Shown: piece by piece, positions 38,708 through 46,304 of the stretch
How positions within the stretch are numbered: the first letter of the stretch is position 1
Layout of the letters: each line of letters opens with the position of its first letter
Assembly: GCA_964508935.1 (NCBI GenBank)
Contig: CAZDVY010000001.1
Span: 7,493-71,492, forward strand
DNA length: 64,000 bases
Direction of reading: 5' to 3'
Source of the DNA: an uncultured Candidatus Competibacteraceae bacterium
GTDB taxonomy: Bacteria; Pseudomonadota; Gammaproteobacteria; Competibacterales; Competibacteraceae
Program-made: the position numbers and the translations under genes
Notes under the pieces: generated by a model
The model's database searches: none
Told to the model about the DNA's origin: nothing
The model's input: the letters and a program-made list of their open reading frames with translations, nothing else

Positions 38708-41530
38708 TTAGCCGGTATTTCGCATCCCGGCCGCCAAGGCGTTGATCGAGCGCAGCAAGGGCCGCAGCCAAGTTTCCGTTGCGGGCGAGTCGGCGCCGTA
38801 CTCCCGCAGCGCCTGCCGGTAGCGCGGCAGCAGCGTAACCTGGATATGATTCAGCGGGTCCAAGTAAGGCTTGCGCCGCTCCAGTGATTTGGCCAACGTC
38901 GGATTTTCTTCCAGCAGCGTCGGCACTTGCGCCACAGCCAGAATTTCCCGACAGGTCTGTTCATATTCGGTGCGGAACCGCTCGTAAATGCCGACTTCGG
39001 TATCGGCATTTTCGCACAGCCGGGCATACTCGCGGGCGATGCCCAAATCGACTTTGCTCAGGGACATCTGGCTGTTATTCAACAGAGCGTGAAAAAACGG
39101 CCATTCCTGATAGAGCCGCTGCAACCGGGCCAGCCGGTGGGGATCATCGCCGCGCCAGGCCGCTAGGGCGCTGCCAATGCCAAACCAGCCAGGCAGCGTA
39201 TGCCGTGACTGTCCCCAACCGAACATCCACGGAATTGCCCGCACCGAGTATTTCGAGCGGTCGCTCTTGGCCCGGTGCGAGGGCCGTGAGCCGAGGTTAA
39301 GCAGGCCAATTTCGTTGACCGGCGTGGCTTCGTAAAAATAATCCATAAACCCCGGTGTCCGTTCCGTCAGATCCCGGTAGACCGCTTCGCCCTGCCGGGC
39401 CAGTTCCGTCATGACCACTGCCGCTTCCGGCGGGTCGGCAGGAACGTCCTGAATGAGATGACGGCTGGCTTTCATCAGGCCGGTGATGCCCAAAGTCAGT
39501 TCATAGACAGCGGTTTCCAGGTTCTGATACTTGAACGACAGTACTTCACCCTGTTCGGTGATCTTGATCTGACCACGCACCGTACCCGGCGGCTGGGCCA
39601 GAATAGCATCATGAACCGGGCCGCCGCCGCGCCCGACCGTGCCGCCGCGTCCGTGGAACAGCCGACAGCCGAAACCGCGAGCCGCCGTCAGCGCTGCCGC
39701 CTGTTGCTGCGCCTGGTACAACCCCCAGTTGGAGGCCAGGATGCCGCCGTCCTTGCAGGAATCGGAGTAGCCGACCATCACATCCTGCACTCCGCCCGCA
39801 GCGGTCAGCAGTTCCCGGTAGGCCGGCTGATCCAGCAAGCGGGTCAGCAGGGTTTCGACCTGGCTCAAATCAGCAATGGTTTCAAACAGCGGGGCGACGC
39901 GCAGTTCACAATGCCAGCCACCATCGGCGCGGCGGCCCGCCAGACCCGCGAAACTGGACAGGAACAATACCTCCAGGACATGGCTGGCTTCATGGGTCAT
40001 GGAGATGACGTAATTGTCAAAGAGGCGCGGGCTGATTTCCACCCGCATCCGCGCCATGATCCGGAAGATATCCAGCGTTTCCTGGGTCGCCGGGCTGAAC
40101 GAGTCACAATACAGCAGCGGCGTGCCCGGTTGGGTTAACAACTCACCGAGGATGGTTAACCGTTCTTCCTCAGTCAGCGCCGTGTAATCGGGCAGATTGG
40201 GAGCCATGGCGAAAATTTCCGCAACCGCCGCCGTATGCCGGGCCGATTCTTGCCGCACGTCGAGCGCTGCCAGATAAAAGCCAAACGTTTCCGCCAGCCG
40301 GATTAAATCCTTCAGCTCACCCTCCGCCGCCGCGCTGTCGCCATGGGCGATCAGCGAATCGCGGATCAGGCGCAGGTCTTCGAGAAATTCCGATTCAGCG
40401 CCATAACCCCAGAACGGATGAGGCAGCGCCCCGGCATGACCTTCAATGCGCGCCCGGATCGACTCCAGGTTATGCCGCAAGCGATGGTAGATCAGGAAAC
40501 ATTTGCGCCGGTATGGTTCCTGGGCGTATTGCAACGGCGCATCGGCGAACAGCGCGGCCATGCGCCGGGCATCCGCCTCCAGGCTGGCGATGAACGGTGG
40601 CGAAGGCGTGACCAACGAACTGGAATAGGTCAACTGCCGGTTCAGCGCCTCGACCCGCCGCAAATACTCGCGCAGAATTGTCTGGGATTGCAGCCAGGCG
40701 GCCATCGCGGTGGTTTCAGGGGTGACGAAGGGATTGCCGTCGCGGTCGCCGCCGATCCAGGAGCCAAAGCGCAACAGAACGGGAATATGCACCGCCGTTT
40801 TGCCGCCCTCGTCGCCGTAGACTGTGTTGAGGGCGCGCTCCAGATTGCGGTAGAGCGTCGGCAGCGCCTGAAAGATAGATTCCCGAAAATAGTACAGGCC
40901 GTTCTTCACTTCGTCGCGCACCTGCGGTTTGTAGGCGCGCACTTCGTCGGTTTTCCAGAGCATCTGAATCTGGCTGCGCAGCTCCTCGATGATCTCGGCG
41001 CGCTGGCGGGGATTGAGCGCCGGATGATCGAGCTGGCCGTTGGTGATGAAGATGCGACGTTGCGCGCCCAGCAGCACGCGGCGCTTGGCTTCGGTGGGGT
41101 GGGCGGTGAACACCGGGATAAAGCAGAGTTGATTCAGCAAGGTTTGCAACTGGGCGGCCTGCACCCCGGCGGCGCGCAGCGTGCGCAACGTTTCATCAAA
41201 AGAACCGCGCCACAGCGGCTTGCCGCGCCGCACCTGGTCGCGGCGCTGCTGGTGCTGGAAATCCTCTTCGGCGATGTTGGTCAGGTTGAAGTAGGCGCTG
41301 AACGCCCGAACGACATGATTGAGCATTTCCGGGTTCAGCGCAGCGATGAACCGCATCAGCCGTTCGCGCGTCTCTGATGAGGGTTGGCGGCGCATCTCGG
41401 TAAACCCCTTGCGCAGGGTTTCTACTGCGTCCAAGGCATGGCGGCCTTCCTGATCGCGCAGGGTGTCGCCCAGCAAACGGCCGAGCAGTTTGACCCGGTC
41501 GCGCAGCGGTTTGTCAGATGAGATCGGCAT
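38708..41530 (-). CDS. ppc: Phosphoenolpyruvate carboxylase
   Basis: From ATG 41530: MPISSDKPLRDRVKLLGRLLGDTL..., VFTAHPTE, GYSDSCKDGG, FHGRGGTVGRGGGP and C-terminal GMRNTG. The track ORF to 41767 is an N-terminal over-extension. Confidence 0.92.
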   Translation of the reverse strand: MPISSDKPLRDRVKLLGRLLGDTLRDQEGRHALDAVETLRKGFTEMRRQPSSETRERLMRFIAALNPEMLNHVVRAFSAYFNLTNIAEEDFQHQQRRDQVRRGKPLWRGSFDETLRTLRAAGVQAAQLQTLLNQLCFIPVFTAHPTEAKRRVLLGAQRRIFITNGQLDHPALNPRQRAEIIEELRSQIQMLWKTDEVRAYKPQVRDEVKNGLYYFRESIFQALPTLYRNLERALNTVYGDEGGKTAVHIPVLLRFGSWIGGDRDGNPFVTPETTAMAAWLQSQTILREYLRRVEALNRQLTYSSSLVTPSPPFIASLEADARRMAALFADAPLQYAQEPYRRKCFLIYHRLRHNLESIRARIEGHAGALPHPFWGYGAESEFLEDLRLIRDSLIAHGDSAAAEGELKDLIRLAETFGFYLAALDVRQESARHTAAVAEIFAMAPNLPDYTALTEEERLTILGELLTQPGTPLLYCDSFSPATQETLDIFRIMARMRVEISPRLFDNYVISMTHEASHVLEVLFLSSFAGLAGRRADGGWHCELRVAPLFETIADLSQVETLLTRLLDQPAYRELLTAAGGVQDVMVGYSDSCKDGGILASNWGLYQAQQQAAALTAARGFGCRLFHGRGGTVGRGGGPVHDAILAQPPGTVRGQIKITEQGEVLSFKYQNLETAVYELTLGITGLMKASRHLIQDVPADPPEAAVVMTELARQGEAVYRDLTERTPGFMDYFYEATPVNEIGLLNLGSRPSHRAKSDRSKYSVRAIPWMFGWGQSRHTLPGWFGIGSALAAWRGDDPHRLARLQRLYQEWPFFHALLNNSQMSLSKVDLGIAREYARLCENADTEVGIYERFRTEYEQTCREILAVAQVPTLLEENPTLAKSLERRKPYLDPLNHIQVTLLPRYRQALREYGADSPATETWLRPLLRSINALAAGMRNTG

Positions 41531-41945
41531 GAGGGATTCCATCAAGTCTGGAGGGGCAAACCCACCCGAAAAAGAGAGATCTATGAGCATTGATGAAAAA
41601 TGAATGATGTAGTTCAGTCGATGGTCCAGATAACCTGAACCAGGATCGCCAGCCCGCGCCGATAGTGAACATGATGGAAGATGAGCCATGTCTTGCTGGG
41701 TCGCCGGCAAATCCTGGGATAGCATCTGGTTTCTGACGCCAGTCGACGCCTTGCATCTGTAAATCATCGGCTACAGCCGCTGGGGCTTGACGCATCTGTT
41801 GCTGATTTCCGCCAGTGTAATTCGACAGTCATCCTTGTGGAAACTATAGTAGTCAGGACCCCCCACGCCGCCCGTCCGCGTTCGGCGCCAGGGTTTGGCT
41901 CCATCCCGCCAGCCTTTCCACACACTGAAATAAAGGAAGCTGTCC

Positions 41946-43586
41946 ATGTCTGTTCCCAGCAACCTGCCGGTCTGGCAAGCATTGCAAGTTCATCATACCG
42001 CCATCGCTGACCTGCATCTGCGTGACTTGTTCGCCGCCGATCCCGGGCGTTTTAACAAGTTCTCCCGGCGCTTCGGCGACCTGCTGGTAGATTTTTCCAA
42101 GCACCGCATCACCGAAGAAACCTTGAGTCTGCTCATCGAACTGGCCCGCCAGGCGCAACTACCCGCCTGCGCCGAGCGGATGTTCAGCGGCGAGATCATC
42201 AACCACACCGAACAGCGCGCGGTGCTGCACGTCGCGTTGCGCAACCGGAGCGACCGGCCGATCTTCGTCAAGGGTCAGGACGTGATGCCGGAAGTGAACA
42301 ATGTGCTGGAGCACATGCGCAAGTTCGCTGATCAGATTCGCCGGGGCAAGTGGCGTGGCCACACCGGCAAGCGGATTCGCGACGTGGTCAATATCGGCAT
42401 CGGCGGTTCCGATCTGGGACCGAAGATGGTTTGCCAGGCATTGGAGCCTTACGGCGATCCGACCTTGCGGATGCATTTTGTCTCCAACGTTGATGGCGCG
42501 CACATCAGCCATGTCCTGGCGGAGTGTGACCCGGAAAGCACCTTGTTCATCGTGGCCTCCAAGACCTTCACCACCCAGGAAACCATGACCAATGCCCACA
42601 CTGCCCGCGTCTGGCTGATCAAGGAACTGGGCGATGAGGCGGCGGTGGCCAAGCATTTCGTCGCGGTGTCCACCAATACGAAGGGAGTGAGCGCCTTCGG
42701 CATTGACACAGCCAACATGTTCGAGTTCTGGGACTGGGTCGGCGGACGCTATTCACTGTGGTCGGCTATCGGCCTGCCGATCATGGTCTATCTGGGCATG
42801 GAGAATTTCCTGGAGTTGCAGGAAGGCGCCCACGAAATGGACGAACACTTCCGCACCGCGCCGCTGGAGGAAAATCTGCCGGTCATTCTGGCATTGCTCG
42901 GCGTCTGGTACATCGATTTCTTCGGTGCGGACAGCCAGGTCACGCTGGTTTACGACGATTACCTGCGCTCGTTGCCGGATTATCTGCAACAACTGGACAT
43001 GGAGAGTAACGGCAAGTCTATCGACCGCGACGGTCAACCGGTGACGGTCAAGACCGGGCCGATTCTGTGGGGCGGCCTGGGGAATAATGGCCAGCACGCT
43101 TTTTACCAGTTGCTGCATCAGGGCACACATCTGGTTCCAGCGGATTTTCTGGCCCCAGCGCACAGCCCGAATCCCATCGGCGACCATCATGCAATTCTGT
43201 TGGCCAACTGCCTGGCCCAGGCTGAGGCGCTGATGGTCGGCAAGACCGAGGCTCAGGCCCGCGCTGAATTGGAAAAGCAGGGGCTGAGCGGCGAAGCATT
43301 GGAGCAGTTGTTGCCGTACAAAGTCTTCCCCGGCAACCGACCCAGCACCAGCTTGTTTTATCGCCGGCTGACTCCGAAAGTCTTAGGCTCACTGCTGGCG
43401 ATGTACGAGCACAAAGTGTTCACCCAGGGCGTAATCTGGAATATCAATTCCTTCGATCAGTGGGGTGTGGAACTGGGCAAGCAACTGGCGAACGCCATTC
43501 TCCCTGAGTTGAAGGGCGAACAGTCCGTAGCGGGGCATGACGCGTCGACCGTTGGCCTGATCGAATTCTGTCGCGCTGCGGACTGA
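41946..43586 (+). CDS. pgi: Glucose-6-phosphate isomerase
   Basis: 546 aa. [46 protein letters not shown] and QLLHQGT. Confidence 0.93.
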   Translation: MSVPSNLPVWQALQVHHTAIADLHLRDLFAADPGRFNKFSRRFGDLLVDFSKHRITEETLSLLIELARQAQLPACAERMFSGEIINHTEQRAVLHVALRNRSDRPIFVKGQDVMPEVNNVLEHMRKFADQIRRGKWRGHTGKRIRDVVNIGIGGSDLGPKMVCQALEPYGDPTLRMHFVSNVDGAHISHVLAECDPESTLFIVASKTFTTQETMTNAHTARVWLIKELGDEAAVAKHFVAVSTNTKGVSAFGIDTANMFEFWDWVGGRYSLWSAIGLPIMVYLGMENFLELQEGAHEMDEHFRTAPLEENLPVILALLGVWYIDFFGADSQVTLVYDDYLRSLPDYLQQLDMESNGKSIDRDGQPVTVKTGPILWGGLGNNGQHAFYQLLHQGTHLVPADFLAPAHSPNPIGDHHAILLANCLAQAEALMVGKTEAQARAELEKQGLSGEALEQLLPYKVFPGNRPSTSLFYRRLTPKVLGSLLAMYEHKVFTQGVIWNINSFDQWGVELGKQLANAILPELKGEQSVAGHDASTVGLIEFCRAAD

Positions 43587-43600
43587 CAGCAGCGGTTTGA

Positions 43601-44401
43601 TCAATGGCCCGTTTGTGCCGATGTCAGCGGGCCTTTTTTAGCGACTCCATACCGCACGGCATACCATAACCGCCCCAGCCATTCATAACCGTCGTAGTGA
43701 ATTTCCGCAATCGCCGCAACCGAAGGTAACCAGGACTGGGGATCGAGCGGTTCCAGTTGTTCATTGAAGAACAGGGTAGGCGCTGGAATGACGTTCAACC
43801 CCTGCGCCTGGAAAGCGGCGACAGCGCGCGGCAAATGCACGGCGTTACTGACCAGCAGGACAGTCTGAATGTGGCGCTCGCGTAGCAATGCGGCGCTGTT
43901 GACGGCATTTTCCCAGGTATTCCGGCTCATCGTTTCGGCGCTGACCGCACTCAGGCCAAACTCCTGCTCCAAAATGGCCTTCATTAAATCGGCTTCGGCA
44001 GGCTCTTCGGCGCCGGCCCGACTGCCGCGTCCACCGCTGGTCAGAACGGGCAACCCGGCTTGCCGCGCCAGCCGGGCGGCGTAGCGCACCCGACCCAGGG
44101 TACGATGATGCACGGTCGGGCTATTGCCGTATTCCGACGCATCCTCGTGCAATCCCCCGCCCAACACGACAATCGCCTCCGGTCGCAGCGATGACAGAAC
44201 CTGCTCGGTCAGCGGCGGATAAATCTGCAAGGAACGGTTTAACAGGCTGGCGGTGAAAGGGATGCTGCATAAATAGTTCAGCACTGCCCCGGTCAGTAGC
44301 AGCGTTAAACCGGGAGGTGGATGCCAGCGCCAGAGCAGCACACCGAGCAAGCTCATCAGTAACAGCCCGCCGGGAGGTAGCAACAAGCTCTTGATCAGCA
44401 T
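43601..44401 (-). CDS. DUF218 (YdcF/ElyC-like) membrane protein
   Basis: Two N-terminal TM helices, then AIVVLGGGL, VLTSGGRG and LLVSNAVHLPRA, typical of DUF218 proteins. Confidence 0.7.
   Translation of the reverse strand: MLIKSLLLPPGGLLLMSLLGVLLWRWHPPPGLTLLLTGAVLNYLCSIPFTASLLNRSLQIYPPLTEQVLSSLRPEAIVVLGGGLHEDASEYGNSPTVHHRTLGRVRYAARLARQAGLPVLTSGGRGSRAGAEEPAEADLMKAILEQEFGLSAVSAETMSRNTWENAVNSAALLRERHIQTVLLVSNAVHLPRAVAAFQAQGLNVIPAPTLFFNEQLEPLDPQSWLPSVAAIAEIHYDGYEWLGRLWYAVRYGVAKKGPLTSAQTGH
43606..43639 (+). terminator. Rho-independent terminator candidate for pgi
   Basis: ggcccg (43606-43611) pairs with cgggcc (43628-43633), followed by TTTTTT (43634-43639). Begins 20 nt after the pgi stop and lies inside the 3' end of the convergent DUF218 gene. 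Confidence 0.5.
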
Positions 44402-44529
44402 CAGTGCGAAACCGGGCAGACGAGGCAGGGAGGCTGATTGACACCGCCATGACGACGACGCACGATGCTTCTATAATCAATCATTCACAATATATCCATC
44501 AGTCCGTCATAGACCCGGAGAATGCCCCC

Positions 44530-44790
44530 ATGTTTGGAGAGAGTCACGATTTATTCCATGAGTTTCCCGAGTACAGGGACCGGATTGCTGAGCTGAAAGC
44601 TGTCAATGCCCAGTTCGCAGTGTTGTATGACGAATATCATACGGTCAACGCCGAAGTGGAACGGATCGAATTACAGATTGAGACTCCTTCAGACTTTTAT
44701 ACCGAGACCCTGAAAAAGCAGCGGCTACACCTCAAGGATGAGATTTACGCCATCCTGCGGACCCACTCACGCGCCGGAGCGTTGATCTGA
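44530..44790 (+). CDS. DUF465 (YdcH-like) small protein
   Basis: From ATG 44530: MFGESHDLFHEFPEYRDRIAELKAVNAQFAVLYDEYHTVNAEVERIE...LKKQRLHLKDEIYAIL. This is the DUF465 pattern. 86 aa. Confidence 0.75.
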   Translation: MFGESHDLFHEFPEYRDRIAELKAVNAQFAVLYDEYHTVNAEVERIELQIETPSDFYTETLKKQRLHLKDEIYAILRTHSRAGALI

Positions 44791-45114
44791 AAGCCGTTGA
44801 GAAGATACTCCATTCCCCTCTCCTCCTGAGGACGAGGGGGAGAGAGGCGCATCTAGCTCCCTGGAAAGGGGGGGAGTGCGTCGCCGCCGGACGGTGGTTC
44901 GATCGACTGCTGGCGCAGCTCTGGCCCGCGCCTGGCGCAGCCAGCCGAGGACGCAGCGCTCGATCTTATCCTGACTGGCCGGCGACAGATCGCGGAAAAT
45001 CAATGTTCCGGCACCAAGCAACAGGGTCAATCCACCCAGAAAGGTGACCAGGGGTTGCATGAACGCAATGGACAAAACCGCCAAGAGCGCGAGCAGAACA
45101 TGTCGAATTTTCAA
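44767..45114 (-). CDS. Small hypothetical membrane protein translationally coupled to the PP2C gene (locus B)
   Basis: TTG 45114-45112 overlaps the PP2C TGA 45113-45111 (TTGA). Hydrophobic IRHVLLALLAVLSIAFMQPLVTFLGGLTLLLGAGTLIF, then an Arg-rich and Ser/Gly-rich tail. The start is inferred. The track ORF runs on to 45174 inside the PP2C gene. Confidence 0.4.
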   Translation of the reverse strand: MKIRHVLLALLAVLSIAFMQPLVTFLGGLTLLLGAGTLIFRDLSPASQDKIERCVLGWLRQARARAAPAVDRTTVRRRRTPPLSRELDAPLSPSSSGGEGNGVSSQRLSDQRSGA

Positions 45115-46109
45115 GAGGCCCCTCCAGCATAGTCCTTGGGCTGGGTGAGTTTGCGCATGAGAATGACCGTACAATTATCATCCGGTTGGCATTGCTGCTG
45201 GCGGATGGTGGTCGCCAGTTCGGCCAATAATTCATCCAGGAGTTCCTCGATCGGTCGATGCGGTTGCGCCAACAGCATCGACCATCGCCGGATAAACGCT
45301 TGCGGATAATGCAGATGCCAAAGGCCATCGCTGGCCAGCAGGTAGACCCAATCGGGTTCCAGCGTCAGGGAGCGACGGTCGTTCAACCCACGCAAAAACA
45401 GGGGCAAATTGCCATCATGCAATTCATAAAGCTCCTCATCAATCGTATCCGCATAGAGATTCGGCGTCCCCAGGGTGCTGCCCAAAATAAAGGCCTGACT
45501 GATTTGGGAACTGGTCTGGACATGGACTTGCTGCCACCACTGGGCGCTGTCCAGCAGGCCCAACAGGGCGAGGTGAGTAGCGGGTACATGGTCTATCGTC
45601 AGGCACTGCACATGGTGGGCGTCAATGGCGTAAATGCGTGAATCGCCTACATGGAACAGCAGTCCGGGGGAATGGGGCGGAATTTCGAGTAGAATGAGCG
45701 TACAACCGGTTTCCAGCCCCGCTTGTTGAAATTCCTGATACAGCCGCCGGTGCAAGAGATGCAACTCATTGGATAGTTGAGCGAGTTCGACAACGGCTGG
45801 CAGTTCGAGCAGCCCTTCGACTGCTTTTTCCGAGGCTTCCCGTCCATGACTGTGACCACCCATACCATCAAGCACTGCCAGTCGTCGATGTCCGTGTGGC
45901 CAGCCGGTCAGTTGCAACTGGGTTTCCTGTTCGCGCCAAAGGAACCGGGCGCGTCCCCGGCCGTCAATCAGTAAAAAATTATCCTGGTTTTCCTTGCGCC
46001 CGTGGCCAGTTGGTGAAAGCAGCGAGCGCACAGCGATCTCCAACTGGGGGCCGCGACAGGATGATGCGCGATGAGGCGCCGCGTTTGAAAAAGAGGAATG
46101 AGTATGCAT
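45111..46109 (-). CDS. PP2C-family Ser/Thr protein phosphatase (locus B)
   Basis: GRKENQDNF, LAVLDGMGGHSHGREASE, LLASDGLWH and QPDDNCTVILMR. 332 aa. Confidence 0.85.
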   Translation of the reverse strand: MHTHSSFSNAAPHRASSCRGPQLEIAVRSLLSPTGHGRKENQDNFLLIDGRGRARFLWREQETQLQLTGWPHGHRRLAVLDGMGGHSHGREASEKAVEGLLELPAVVELAQLSNELHLLHRRLYQEFQQAGLETGCTLILLEIPPHSPGLLFHVGDSRIYAIDAHHVQCLTIDHVPATHLALLGLLDSAQWWQQVHVQTSSQISQAFILGSTLGTPNLYADTIDEELYELHDGNLPLFLRGLNDRRSLTLEPDWVYLLASDGLWHLHYPQAFIRRWSMLLAQPHRPIEELLDELLAELATTIRQQQCQPDDNCTVILMRKLTQPKDYAGGAS

Positions 46110-46304
46110 CTAAAGTCGGGTCATCGTCGTGAGCAACAGACATGATCAGTCCACCGGGCGGACAAGGTTCGATCCGTGGCGCCGGTGCTTCCTCGTGATC
46201 AGGCGCCCAGTCGTTTCATCCTTCTGCTAGACTAACTTAATGATGCGCCTTACGGCTGTTAATTCAAATAAATCTTTTGGAACTCTTTGATCAAACGATG
46301 GCTT

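Noticed and set aside
40343-41377. 344-aa ORF on the plus strand
   Set aside because: It is antisense to ppc, whose frame is unambiguous (VFTAHPTE, GYSDSCKDGG, MRNTG end). This is a GC-rich shadow ORF.
46166-46175. ggttcgatcc, a tRNA T-loop-like string in the PP2C/pseudokinase divergent spacer (possible tRNA or att remnant)
   Set aside because: The flanking bases do not form a T-stem, acceptor stem or any cloverleaf on either strand. An isolated 10-mer is insufficient.
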